Shown here: positions 1 to 15,991 of the stretch, in pieces | How the letters are laid out: the number at the start of each line of letters is the position of its first letter | Numbering within the stretch: the first letter of the stretch is position 1 | Assembly: GCF_009914755.1 (NCBI RefSeq) | Contig: NC_060926.1 | Length of the DNA stretch: 64,000 nt | Source: the human T2T-CHM13v2.0 reference genome, Homo sapiens | Strand: one strand, 5' to 3' | Position numbers and translations under genes: made by a program | The notes under the pieces: generated by a model | Databases searched by the model: none | Told to the model about the DNA's origin: nothing | The model's input: only the letters and a program-made list of their open reading frames with translations

Positions 1-2587
<2,587 letters not shown>

Positions 2588-2650
2588 TATGATGTTAGCT
2601 GGTTACTTTGCTTGTTGGTTGATGCAGTTTCTTCCTAGTCTCGATGGTCT

Positions 2651-3667
2651 TTACATTTTGGCATGATTTTGCAGCTGCTGTTACCGGTTGTTCGTTTCCA
2701 TGTTTAGTGCTTCCTTCAGGAGCTCTTGTAAGGCAGGCCTGGTGGTGACAAAATCTCTCAGCATTTGCTTGTCTGTAAGGTATTTTATTTCTCCTTCACT
2801 TATGAAGCTTAGTTTGGCTGGATATGAAATTCTGGGTTGAAAATTCTTTTCTTTAAGAATGTTGAATATTGGCCCCCACTCTCTTCTGGCTTGTAGGGTT
2901 TCTGCCAAGAGATCCCGTCTTAGTCTGATGGGCTTCCCTTTGAGGGTAACCCGACCTTTCTCTCTGGCTGCCCTTAACATTTTTTCCTTCATTTCAACTT
3001 TGGTGAATCTGACAATTATGTGTCTTGGAGTTGCTCTTCTCGAGGAGTATCTTTGTGGCGTTCTCTGTATTTCCTGAATCTGCATGTTGGCCTGCCTTGC
3101 TAGATTGGGGAAGTTCTCCTGGATAATATCCTGCAGCGTGTTTTCCAACTTGGTTCCATTCTTCCCATCACTTTCAGGTACACCAATCAGGCGTAGATTT
3201 GGTCTTTTCACATAGTCCCATATTTCTTGGAGGCTTTGCTGATTTTTTTTTATTCCTTTTTCTCTAAACTTCCCTTCTCACTTCATTTCATTCATTTCAT
3301 CTTCCATTGCTGATACCCTTTCTTCCAGTTGATCGCATCGGCTCCTGAGGCTTCTGCATTCTTCACGCAGTTCTCGAGCCTTGGTTTTCAGCTCCATCAG
3401 CTCCTTTAAGCACTTCTCTGTATTGGTTATTCTAGTTATACATTCTTCTAAAGTTTTTTCAAAGTTTTCAACTTCTTTGCCTTTGGTTTGAATGTCCTCC
3501 CGTAGCTCAGAGTAATTTGATCATCTGAAGCCTTCTTCTCTCAGCTCGTCAAAGTCATTCTCCATCCAGCTTTGTTCCGTCGCTGGTGAGGAACTGCGTT
3601 CCTTTGGAGGAGGAGAGGTGCTCTGCTTTTTAGAGTTTCCAGTTTTTCTGTTCTGTTTTTTCCCTGT
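2651..3667 (-). pseudogene. L1 ORF1p, broken
   Basis: Peptide KRPNLRLIGVPE...RPALQELLKEAL. Start codon reads ACA instead of ATG (3665-3667); premature TAA at 2681-2683, 10 codons before the natural stop at 2651-2653. Confidence 0.93.
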
Positions 3668-4572
3668 CTTTATGGTTTTATCTACTTTTGGTCTTTGATG
3701 ATGGTGATGTACAGATGGGTTTTTGGCGTGGATGTCCTTTCTGTTTGTTAGTTTTCCTTCTAACAGACAGGACCCTCAGCTGCAGGTCTGTTGGAATACC
3801 CTGCCGTGTGTGAGGTGTCAGTGTGCCCCTGCTGGGGGGTGCCTCCCAGTTAGGCTGCTCGGGGGTCAGGGGTCAGGGACCCACTTGAGGAGGCAGTCTG
3901 CCCGTTCTCAGATCTCCAGCTGCGTGCTGGGAGAACCACTGCTCTCTTCAAAGCTGTCAGACAGGGACATTTAAGTCTGCAGAAGTTACTGCTGTCTTTT
4001 TATTTGTCTGTGCCCTGCCCCCAGAGGTGGAGCCTAGAGAGGCAGGCAGGCAGGCCTCCTTGAGCTGTGGTGGGCTCCACCCAGTTCGAGCTTCCAGGCT
4101 GCTTTGTTTACCTAATCAAGCCTGGGCAATGGCGAGCGCCCCTCCCCCAGCCTCGCTGCAGCCTTGCAGTTTGATCTCAGACTGCTGTGCTAGCAATCAG
4201 CGAGACTCCGTGGGCGTAGGACCCTCCGAGCCAAGCGTGTGATATAATCTCGTGGTGCGCCGTTTTTTAAGCCCGTCGGAAAAGCGCAGTATTCGGGTGG
4301 GAGTGACCCGATTTTCCAGTTGTCGTCCGTCACCCCTTTCTTTGACTCGGAAAGGGAACTCCCTGACCCCTTGTGCTTCCCAGGTGAGTCAATGCCTCGC
4401 CCTGCTTTGGCTCGCGCACGGTGCGCACACCCACTGAGCTGCGCCCACTGTCTGGCACTCCCTAGTGAGATGAACCCGGTACCTCAGATGGAAATGCAGA
4501 AATCACCCGTCTTCTGCGTTGCTCACGCTGGGAGCTGTAGACCAGAGCTGTTCCTATTCGGCCATCTTGGCT
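3668..4572. promoter_or_regulatory. L1 5'UTR bidirectional (sense/antisense) Pol II promoter, CpG-rich
   Basis: Position within the L1; YY1 motif (plus strand GGCCATCTTG, ~4560-4569); highest CpG density in the window. Activity cannot be shown from sequence. Confidence 0.7.
4129..4345 (+). pseudogene. L1 ORF0 (antisense 5'UTR ORF), interrupted
   Basis: MASAPPPASLQPCSLISDCCASNQRDSVGVGPSEPSV from ATG 4129, then TGA at 4240-4242; continues VVRRFLSPSEKRSIRVGVTRFS, matching primate L1 ORF0. Confidence 0.85.
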
Positions 4573-5354
4573 ATTCTTAACTCTAAATGAAAATCTAGGC
4601 TTTTACAGCTCTCAACAATTTTATGTTTGTATATCTCATGAAGAGTTTTTGTCTATATAGAAGGGTTTCTTTTTTAGTGGTTTAATACAATTCAAAATAA
4701 CTTCACAGCTATATGACAGCAATGGAATTCTTGATATTTAAAAGGCATTCTTAATCGAGAGGATTTTGATACAAATACATGGCAAGTTTTATTGTTGTTC
4801 TTGGTGCTTTCAGGCACTTCATAAATACAAAATAAATGAAAACATTTCTCACTAAGTTTACACATAACTTTTGAACACATGAAAGTGTACTGGGATTAAT
4901 TAGGGTATTTGAATGTAAATGGAAAAGGAGACGACAGAGACCTGTCTTTTATTTTTTTGGATAGGAACTTGCCAGAGCAGAGAAAGCACACTTGTTAGAA
5001 GTATTGAATATTGTTGGAAAATTCTCCTGTTTCCCCAGGTATATGAAAAATCTTCATCTCTTACCAACAATGAATGCAGTCAAAATTTTAGTTCAGTATT
5101 TACATAGTTGGAAAACTCTAAGAGCCTCAAAAATGCCTCTCTTGTTGGCTAAAGCCTTTTCAATTAGAAGCAGTCCTTGAGTTATCTCCAGCTGTTTATT
5201 TAAAGCTTACTAAAAACAAACAAATGAATGACAAAAATGGATGTGCTGCTGGCTGCCAACTTGATTAAATCACTTGACGGTAAATAACTTGGCAGTAACA
5301 GACTAATGGCAGAAAGTACACTCAATCAGTGATGCAAGTATTTATAGTGCAGGG

Positions 5355-5700
5355 ACAGAGACTCCACAATGGCAGAGTGTCTTGTGTCAAACTAACCCTC
5401 CTGCTGACAACAATTATAAACTTTGGTTGAAATATAAAAAGCAACTATTTGAAAGTATTGGATGAATGTCCAAGGGAAGTAGAAACCAGAGGGGTTGCCA
5501 ACCTTGAAAGAAGAAAATACCAGGTGAAATCCACTTTGAAATGGCCTTCTCCCCTTGAACACTCCCCTGTTACTGGGATTACTGGGGAGTAAGGGAACTA
5601 GGGCTCAAGCAGAAAGCAGCACTCTTTGGCCTGAGAAGTTAGAGAGCAGAGTTCAGGGGTTTCAAAAGCAGTAGGAAAGTAAGGAGAGAAACCATGGAAA
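5355..5700 (+). mobile_element. Ancient L1M (L1ME-like) 5'-end fragment
   Basis: Resembles L1ME 5' ends (aatggcagag...aaccctcctgctgacaacaattataaac...aagcaactatttgaa); from recall only. Confidence 0.45.
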
Positions 5701-5702
5701 TT

Positions 5703-7720
5703 TCTGGTGTTTCTTTCTCCAGCTTTGATTAGGTCTTTCACATGCATGTGCCAATCAGTACTTAAACACTCCAGGGCACGCTTCTGCAGATTTTCCAAGC
5801 CTTCTCATTATGCAGCAACCTATTGGGCAGTGTTTTGTCCTGTGAAATGTAGCTACCTTGGTCTCCCCAAACTCCAGTGCAGTGAGATTGCCCACTCTGT
5901 GCTATGGTCTTGAAACTCCTTCCAGAAGGCAGTGAACTGGGCCAATGGTAGGGTTCACCTAATTTGTTTTCCTTCTCTCAGACATCGCTGGTTTGTACTG
6001 CTTGTTTTCTAATTTCTTGCCTAATTCTCTCTATTCTGCTTCTGGAACACCAATTACATGTATGTTAGACCATTTATCATTGCTTGACAGCCTTTAGAGG
6101 CTCTTTTCATTTCACTGTTTTGTGTGTGTGTGTGTGTATGTTTGTGTTTTAATTTGGGTAATTTCTATTGACTTAGCTTCAAGTTACTGATCATTTCCTC
6201 AGTTGTGTCAAATTTATTAATGAGCCACTAAAGAAATTCTTTATTTTTCCATTTGATCTTTCTTTGCATTTCTATCCCTCTGCTTAAATTTCCAAACCAT
6301 TCATACATAATAACTATTTTTTCCACCAGATCTTCCAGGTAGTGATCATAGTCATTTTAATGTCTCTGTCTGATAGTCACAACACCTGTGTGTTCTCTAA
6401 GACTGGTTTTACTGATGACCATGTGTCTTGATAGTGGGTTGTTTTTCCTTTCATTGTTGTATGCCTCATGAATTTTTATTAAATCCCAGACATAGTGTAT
6501 AGAGTAGTAAGGACTGAGGTAAAGAGTATTTACACCCAAAAAAGGTTTTTCTTTTCTTTTGTAAGGCGATTTATGTGGAGTGTTGAGTTGTCAAAGTTGA
6601 GCTGAGTTTGGATTTGTTGTTGCTATGGTTACTTTCTGTACACATAGGTCTCAAATTCCTTGAGTGTGTATTGTGCCTAGGCTGGGGGCTGAGGTGCCAG
6701 AAGGTGCCTATCGATGTTTGAATTATACCCTCAATGAATGAGGACACCGCAAGAGGATATCTATCCATGGCCTGCCCCTCCTCAGTGGCATCCTCAGTGC
6801 TTGGTCAGCGTCTGGTGGGAAGCATGGTTGGTTCTCTGTTTTCCTGGCCTATCCTCAAACTGACATAGATCTGTGCACCTGAGCTTTGCAGGTGAGGCAA
6901 GCTAGGTATTCATGCATCCCTTCTTCATTTCAGTCTTATTCCGATTTGAAACTGTACAATTTCTTATGCAGGAAACATTTCCCTGCCTCTTCTGCAGCAG
7001 TAGTAGTTCACTACTCATATGGATAAAATCCCAGGCCTAGGATCCTTTCTACCTTCACCCAGGGGTATAGAAGTGTTTCTTCTGACTTTCCGTTAGTAGC
7101 AATGGGTGAGCTGATTTCTTCTTACCTACTTCCTACATGATGGTGGGCACCTCTTCCTCCCATGATGATATGGTTTGGATGTGTTCCCACTCAAATCTCC
7201 TCTTAGAATTGTAGCTCCCATAATTCCCACATTTCATGGGAGAGACCCAGTAGGAGGTAATTGAATCATGGGGGTAGGTCTTTCCCATGCTGTTGTCATG
7301 ATAGTGAGTAAGTCTCATGAATCTGATGGTTTTATAAAGGGGAGTTCCCCTGCACAAATTTTCTCTTAGCTGCCACCATGTAAGGCATTCCTTTGCTCTT
7401 CCTTCATCTTCCACCATGATTGTGAGGCCTCCCCAGCGATGTGGAACTGTGAGTCCATTAAACCTTTTTCCTTCATAAATTATCCAGTCTCGGGTATGTC
7501 TTTGTTAGCTGCATGAGAACGACTACTACACATGGTATGCCACAGGTGAGAAAATCCTATGTCCCCTTTCTTTTTAGGGAAGCCTGTGCCTCACTAGAAT
7601 TTATTGTTCTTTGTTACTTTGTGTCCTTAGATCTCTGACAGCTTCAGAAAAAGTTATTACTTACTAGTTCATTTGAATTTTTCTTATTATTGGGTTGGGA
7701 CAGTCTTTTCATCTCTTTAC
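5703..7720 (-). mobile_element. Ancient L1M/HAL1 5'UTR-ORF1 fragments, interrupted by the THE1 LTR
   Basis: Degenerate ORF1-region signature ttctggaacaccaattacatgtatgttagac (~6040) and L1ME 5'-end-like sequence at 5703-6015. Confidence 0.5.
7166..7530 (+). mobile_element. THE1 (THE1B-like) MaLR solo LTR
   Basis: TGATATGGTTTGG start, ...GACTACTACA end, ATTAAA poly(A) signal, 5-bp TSD catga/catgg. Confidence 0.92.
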
Positions 7721-7744
7721 ATGTTAGACAAAAATGGAACATTT

Positions 7745-8624
7745 GCCTTTCATTAAATGTATGTATTCCTAGATATTTGATGTTTCTTTTTGATGCTACT
7801 TAAAGGGTAATGTTTTCAATATTTACTGGTTATTTGTTGCTAGTATATAGGAATATAACTGATTTTTATATACTGACACTAAATTCAGTGGCCTTGCTAA
7901 ATTCACATATTAATTATAAGATTATTCTTTGAATTTCCTAGGTACTCAATTCCTAGTCTGAAAATTATTTCTTTCTTTCTAATAATCGTAAATCTTGTTT
8001 CTTTTTCTGGTCTTATAAAGCTGCAACAACCTTTAGTATGATGTCAAATATGAATGGTGATAATGCAACATTTTCAGTCTCATGAAAAAGGTTTACATAT
8101 TTCACCATTAAGTATCATTTTTTTGCTATAAAATTTCCTCAATATTCTTTATGGGATTAGATACTTATCTTTTATTCCAAGTGTATTAAGATGTTTTCTG
8201 ACGAATGTATGCAGCTTTTCTGTACCTTTTCAGAAGATGACAATGCTTTTCTTTTTTATTGGGTTTACATGTAGAATAATATTGGGTTTTAAAATGTTAA
8301 AGCAGCTTTGCATTTTGTTAAAAAAAAACCTGCACTTTGTCATGACATGCTATTCTTTCTATATATTGCTGGTTTCAGTTTGCTCAGTTTTCGTGGAATA
8401 ATTTTGAATTTCAGAATTCATTTCTGTTACCTTTATAGGTTTATTCACGTTTTCTACTTATTTCAGGTGAGTGTTGCTTTTTTTCTGTGCATTCAAATAT
8501 TTATCTAAATTACAAAATGTATTGACATTTAGTTGTTAATATTATATTAAAGTGTTTCATAGCGTATACACCCATGTATAGATAAATAAATCTTTAAAAA
8601 CAATTTTCAATATTGGTAATTAGA

Positions 8625-8658
<34 letters not shown>

Positions 8659-9490
8659 ATCTTCCCTTCTCTTCTCTCCTTTATGCTGTCCTCTCTATTT
8701 TCTTTTAGATTAGCCTTGCCGGAGATTTATCGAACGTATTAGTCCTTTTAACAGGTAACATTTTGCCTTTGTCGCTTTTCTCTAGTATATTTGTTTTCTA
8801 TTTCATTGGTTTCTACTTTTATATTTATTCTTCATTATTTCCTTCTGTCTACATCCTTTGGGTTAATCTGTTATTCATCTAAATTCTTGAAATGAACACA
8901 TAGATCATTAATTTTTCAGCCTTTATTCTGTTCTGATTATGCAGCTAAGGCTATACATTTTCCTTTAAGCATTGTTTAGTTGCATCTACACATTTGATAT
9001 ATTTTCTATAGTTATTCATGTTAATTATTTTCTAGCTTCCACTTGATTGCTTCTTACAATCCTAGATTCTCTAGATGTATATTTCTTAGAGTCCAAACAT
9101 TTGCTTTTCAAAAATACCTTTTAGTTATTGATTTTCAATTTTTATAGTATAAAACATACTCTGAATTATTATAATTTTTTTAGATTTATGAAGATTTGCT
9201 TGACTGAGCATCATATGGATGATTTTGGTAAATGTTCTATGTGCACTTGAAAACTATATATATTTCACACTATAGAGTTTTAACTGGGACAAAGTGATAA
9301 ATGACAGTGTTCAAATTTTTTTATACCATTTCCTGTTTTTCTTTTCTACTTAAACTCCTAGTTACTGAGAAAGGTGCAGTTAAAATCTCCCAGTATAACT
9401 ATAAATTTATCTAGTTCTCCTTTTGGTTGATCAAATTTGGCAGAGTTCCATATTTGTAAATGATAACATATTTTGAGGCTTTTTCATTAT
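7745..9490 (-). mobile_element. Ancient L1M ORF2 fragment with (CT)n at ~8625-8660
   Basis: Degenerate antisense RT/EN-region motifs (ttgctagtatataggaatataactgatttt, ttcaccattaagtat, aaatgttctatgtgcacttgaaaa). Confidence 0.7.
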
Positions 9491-9499
9491 GTGCATAAT

Positions 9500-10285
9500 A
9501 ATTAAGATTTGAATAATGTAAGTAGTGAGAATTAATCATTGGTTTCAGCAATATGGAACTATTGGTGACCTTAACAAAATTAATTTTATTGGAGGGATGA
9601 GAGCTAAAGATTGATTGGAGTGCAATCAAGAGAAAATGAAAAGAGACATATGGAGACAGAAGTTATAAACAGATAGCTATATTCAAAGATTTGTTTTTTT
9701 AAGTAGAGACACAGAAATGTGATGGTAGATAGAAAAGAAATGTTGGATCAAGGGAGGCTGCTGTGTGGTGTGTGTGTGTGTGTGTGTGTGTGTGGATGTG
9801 TTCAAAGAGAAAATTTTTACAGGATGTTTTTGTGCAGTGGGGAAAGAAATCTGCAAATGAGGGAGAGAAAAGGACTAATTGAGAAAGCAAGCCCTTGAGA
9901 GGGTCGGAGACCCAGTGTACAATGATGAGCAGTTTATTGCAATACAAAGGAAGGAAGAGAAAATGGATACTCGTATAAGTAGATTGGTCAGTTGTGGTGG
10001 AAACATGTATGTATTCTTCTCATTTAAAAATAAAATTTTCTGTGAAATAAGAAGCTCATCATCTGAGTATGAGGGGAGGGGATATTGGGGACTGAGTGTA
10101 GAGGAGAATTTGTGAAGTAGTTTTACAAGGTGGTAGGAAAATAAATAACTCAGAAAACGAAGCAGGATGGCAAGTCATCAGTGACGGCCTCCTGAAGGTT
10201 GGTTGTCATGATGCAAAAATGGGACCAGTTGCATGTCTCTCAGATAGCATCATCTCCACAGCTGAGAGGGCAGATGATAAATCAG
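9500..10285 (-). mobile_element. L2 fragment with (TG)n at ~9763-9793
   Basis: ttggtgaccttaacaa...gattggagtg...ggagacaga matches antisense L2 body. Confidence 0.6.
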
Positions 10286-12767
10286 TGGGCAGGCTATGGT
10301 TTTCCCTTCTCCTTCTTGATGAAAGTTCTGCTCAATGTCTGGAAGCTTATCATACTAGGGCCATCCATTTCTTGCCTCATTTTATTGCCATTTGCTGGAC
10401 CATAGATTTTGTGACTACTGTAAATTTCCTGTAGATTTTGGATACTGATTCACTCTCAATCCTAATCCTGAGTGTTGCAAAATCTTGATTTTTTAAATTT
10501 CAGTAGGAATTTAGGAAGGATTGAGAAGGTGTCTTTAACAGATGCCACTTTCAAACAGAAGGAAGTGAGGAGACTGATTTATTAGCCACCTGACAACACA
10601 TTTCTACTTTGTGAAAATGTATTACGTTGTCTTGCAGAAATACCTCATGCAATCACCATCTTACCATCATTTTTTTCTACTTTGAACCTTCATGTGTCCT
10701 TTTCACTGAATCATTAATTACCAATCCAATTGTGACTCCCCCAGAGCTGCTTTTCATGGACTCAATGGATATAGCTCTTCCTTGGAATCCAGGGTCATCT
10801 AAAAGTCAACTCTTCTTCGTGATGAGATAGTTCTATTTTTGTGTTAACTTAAAGTGTCTGAAAAGCTAATTTATGTGATAGATTAAAGCAACAGAATAAA
10901 AAACACCCTAGGCACAGTCATTTCACATGGTGCAACGTATTTCCAGAATAAAACAACTTTTATTTCGACACGATATCCTCAGGAGCATTGGATACTGTGT
11001 GGCTATTAAGTCCTTCACACATCATTAATTTCCAAGCAAGAAGGTGATAAATCTCACCACAAAACTAGTTCAGTACACGTAGGAAAATAACAGATATGAT
11101 ATTATTTTTGACTTGATCACAGACAGTAGTTTAAAAGAAATACTTAATTTTTATACAAATTCAGCTAGATAAGAATAATATGATCTATGCTAAGGCCACT
11201 GATGTTATAGGTTCAAACATCATCTCCCCTACTCCCCTCCGTCTCTTATCAACAGATCCACTTGGGGCCTTAGTTTACTTTAAAAATTCCATGAAGACAA
11301 TCTTTTGCATGTATTTCATAGATTCAATTTGCACATTTAGAAGCAAGGATGATTGCTGTTTATGTCCTTCATAATTACCTTCTTTTATATAGGAATGTCT
11401 GAGCATAGTTTTCATTTTATACTAAGTCAGAGACATCCCTGTAGAGGGTTTTATTCTGACTTCTAAAAGACTATAGTATTAGCTACTTCTATCCTCTAGC
11501 CTGCTATAGCTTGAACCCTTAAAGCCTTTCCAAAGAAGAAACATTTGTTGACAGTGCTGCTTGGAATAGAAGGGCTAAGACCAATATTGAGTAGAAAAAC
11601 CCAAGTTATTGATGACCTTGTGGGTTTCCTTTGTTATATAAGATTTCAAAAGAGTTTATAGCATCAGTAAAACGATTGGCATTGGTCTAGGCAACAAATC
11701 TCTTCCTAATGTTATCTTTGAAATATTATGTTTTTAAGAAACAACATAAAATATTCAACAAAACAGAAAAAAATTATACAATTGGTACCTAGTTGCAGAT
11801 TATTCTTCCCTCATGACATTTGAAAAGCAAAAACCAAATTTAATATAGAAATGACTTAAAAACCTTTAAAGAAAGATCAACATGAAACCTTTTCCATTTT
11901 ACATTTATGTAATCACTACCTAAATGAAACAGATGCTAATTAAGATGCAGGAAGATACATTTTCATTTCCTTGTGTTGATTTCTAGCATAATGGTTGCTC
12001 ACTAAAATACAATCAAGAAAATGTGTCCTGTAGCTTGAATAACTCAAATCAGCTTTAATGCAAGAGAACACAAAGTAAGTGAAAACATTGATTGTGGAAA
12101 GTTAATAAAAGTAAACACAAGTTCACAAAAACCATTATTCTTGAGTTTGAACTCATATCAAATGCTGTATTTTCCATTTCAATTATGCAAGTCTTTTTTA
12201 GTACCAGCTGTATTATACCAGCCATGGGCATCAATACAATTATTGATGGTGATAACAGAATAAATTACCTAGCAGGGAAAATGCAAACCAAGAGAGTTAA
12301 CAAAAATGAACCTATTTGTCTATATGACCCTTGGTGCATACACTACCATAAGGAAAAATAAACAACTTAGTGGACCTGGTATTGCATAATATGAGAGAGA
12401 TCATAAGGAGAATGATTTAAAGGCAGGTTTCAAGTAGTCTTCTAGATATTGTGACATAACAGCTTGGAAAGTTTCTGTTATATTACACAAGTGTAATTGA
12501 GGCACTGTTGCTAAATATTCAGTTCCATCTGGGAAGTATAAAGAAAAAGGATCCCTAATGGTGCATGCTTAGCAACTTGTTTCTTTAAAAATATGCAGCA
12601 CACTATTACTGATTGTGCTGAGCTGAGATTCTATAACTCATATGACATGAAATGCAAAGCAGCTATTCACTGGTACTGGCATATAAACATTGGAACATCC
12701 CACGCAACCCACTTTATGCAATTTGTTCATTCATTTATCAATGATTCAGCAAACACTGATGGATAAC

Positions 12768-13294
12768 TATGGTGGTTAATTTTAGGTACCAACCTGACTG
12801 GATTAAGGGATACCCAGTTAGATGGCAAAGCATTACTTCTGGGTGTGTCTGCGAGGGTGTTTTTGTAGGAGATTGGCATGTGAGTCAGTGTCTGTGTAGG
12901 GAAGATCTTCCCTCACCCAATGTACGTAGGTATCATCCAATTGGCTGGGGGCTCAGATAGAACAAAAAAGAAGAGGAAAGTATAATTCATTCTTTCTCTC
13001 CTCTGAGCTTGGACATCCTTTTCGGACATCAAAACTCCAGATTCTCAGGGCTTCAGTCTTGGTCTGGGAGTTACACCATCAGCTTCCCTGGTTCTTAGGC
13101 CTTCAGAATTGAACTGTGCCAAGTTATCATCTTTCCTGGTTATCTTGCTTGCAGATGGCTTATCATAGCACTTCTCAATCTCCATAATCACATGAACCAA
13201 TCCCCCTAATAAATCTTTAATATTTCTATGTAATAGATAGATAGATACATAGATACTATTGGTTCTTTATCTCTGGGGAACCCTGACTAATACA
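12768..13294 (+). mobile_element. MLT2B-type (ERVL) solo LTR inserted in an L2 3' end
   Basis: GGTTAATTTTAGGT...CTGACTGGATTAAGGGATACCCAG start, CCCTGACTAATACA end, perfect 5-bp TSD ATAAC (12763-12767, 13295-13299); flanks ttcattcatt... resemble an antisense L2 tail. Confidence 0.9.
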
Positions 13295-14007
13295 ATAACC
13301 TTTTCTGTTACAAGCAGAATTCTAGGTACTCAAAAAACCATGGGTCATTGCAAAATTGTTAACCCTATATAAATTTACAAGTAAGGCTTAATAACTGAAG
13401 ATACCAACACATATCTGTCCTTTGTTTAATATTACTTCCTTTGGATGTTTTTATTAATTCTTATGTATAATTAAAAATTACCGATCTATGCAAATTTTAC
13501 TCTTTACTAAATGTTTAGAGTCATACACAGTGTCACCCTTCATCAACCTGTTCATTCTGTTTCTCACTTTATCAGGTGTGAAAGCACAAACCTTTTATAA
13601 ACTAACAGAGTTCAACCAAAACATTCCCTGAAACCATAACAAAAATGCAATAAAATAAAAATAAAATTGTGTTTGCTTTTTTCCCTATCCTTCAACACTT
13701 AGCAGTTTTTTCTTTGTTTTTATACATGTTGTCTTTATAATTGGATGAATTCCCTTTACACTCCAGGCACTTCTGACTAGTATATCATGTTGTTTTGTTA
13801 TTTTGCTCTGAAATACCATTTTTCTGAATTTAAAGGTAATACTTATTCTTTATAAAAACTTTGGATAATAAAGTACAAAAAGTGCTGATGATACTTCCTT
13901 CTAGACTTTTATTACGATTTAGAAAGTTTTCATTTTCCTGAGATGATTGGTATTAGAGAAATGATCCAAATAAAATACAATTAAAATGATAAGTAGCATA
14001 TTATGTA

Positions 14008-14216
14008 TTGTGGTTTCCAGATTTAGAAAATACAGATACAGGACACCTAGTTAAATTCAAATGTCAGATAAACAACAAGAAATATTTTTCATATGCTTAT
14101 ACTCCATGCAAATACTGCATAAGACACATATATAGGACACACTTATACTAAAATTTTTTCATGTTTATATAAATTCAAATTTAATTGCATATCCCATCAT
14201 TAATATGGCAGCCTCA
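14008..14216. mobile_element. MER53 palindromic hAT MITE
   Basis: ccagatttag...acaggacacctagttaaattcaaatgtcagataaaca mirrored by tgtttatataaattcaaatttaattg...tggcagcc. Confidence 0.8.
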
Positions 14217-14863
14217 TAGTATACAAAGAAAAGGTTGATTGTGACATGGTTTGAAAGCTACATACAAGTAATATCTTGTATGTAATCAAAAATTATCATT
14301 ATAATCATAATATTGCATTAATTAATCAAATGAATAACATATTAATTTTGTTTCATTTTGGAATAATTTTCACTCCAAAATTGTATGAAAGCATTACAGG
14401 ACATCTTTACTTTACATTTTACTCTCCAAGCTAAAACCACATGAATAGACATTACTAATATATATTTAGGAACTTCATTAGTTCTTCAAGAATACTACTG
14501 TTTACCTTTTGATATTTAAATTGTTTTACTTTTAAGCACTGAGAATTGTCCATGTTCACTTTTTTTTTTCTCCAGTGGTTATATGGTTGAACTCTGCTAG
14601 ATACTGTCTTGTTCATGGAATTACTGCTACTTTGAAATATCACTTGCATTGATTCAGGGAATCTTGCATCTTTTACTAAGTAATATATCATAGAGATCAT
14701 TACCTATCAGTCATAAAAAACCGTACCATTCCTTTAAACTGCTGATATCTTACATGGCTGTATACTATTATCTAGTTAAACAGTTCTCTACTGGTATATA
14801 CTTAAGCATTTTGAAGATCTTTATTTACATTTTAGTCTTTCCTATAAGAAATCCACTGGAATA

Positions 14864-15190
<327 letters not shown>

Positions 15191-15214
15191 CTAATACAGG
15201 ACAGGAATGCCAAC

Positions 15215-15587
15215 ACAGTACTTTCATCAAGGACAGTCACAGGGAACAGTCTTACCTCTTTTGGCTCCTCCATACAGTCAGCTCACTCAGCTTATGGTCT
15301 CTATCCTCAATGCCACTTTGGGATGCATGTCTGCTGTAGCTTCAATCATCATGTCCAAGTTTTAGCTAAAGGGAGCTCTGTCCAGCTGAATCAGATCTTT
15401 TAAAGGAATTTTCTGCTGGTCATATAACAAATATTCCATTTGTATTTTATGACCTACAACTTTTTCATATCGCCATGCTTAGGTGCTAGGAAGGTTGATA
15501 AATCCTCATTGCAGGTACCCACATTCATGTTGTGTTACTGAGAATAAAAGACTAGAGAATAAGTAGGTAATGACAAGCCTCTGACAT
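15215..15587 (-). mobile_element. Old MLT1 (K/L-like) LTR fragment
   Basis: Weak resemblance to antisense old MLT1; boundaries approximate. Confidence 0.35.
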
Positions 15588-15991
15588 AATAAGACAAAGT
15601 ATCTGTAAAATTTAAAGCGTAATAAATATTTTATAAGGGTACCATTTTTTTGAAATCGTATTACCAATAAAAGTGTATGATGGTGCCTGTTTCATAATAT
15701 CCTGCCAATAAATGCTAAGATTTTGTTAAAAATGATACTGTGTTAAGAGAAAAATGGTATTTCAGACTTTTTTCTTTGTATTTCTCACATGATGGATGAG
15801 ACTGAATGTCTAATACTATAGTTAATAGCCATTTATTTGTGTGTCTCCTTCTGTGAACTCTCAGTTTATATCCTTTTCCATGATTGGGGGTCACTGATCT
15901 GTTTCTTTCTAGCTGATAGGAGTTGTATTTTGTATGAGAGAAATTTGTGGCATATGCTGCAAGTGGGTTTTTTTTGGCATATATATATATA

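Noticed and set aside
5355-6015. Opposed L1M 5' fragments as a hairpin or twin-priming inversion
   Set aside because: Similarity between the halves is only at ancient-family level; no alignable inverted arms or TSD were seen.
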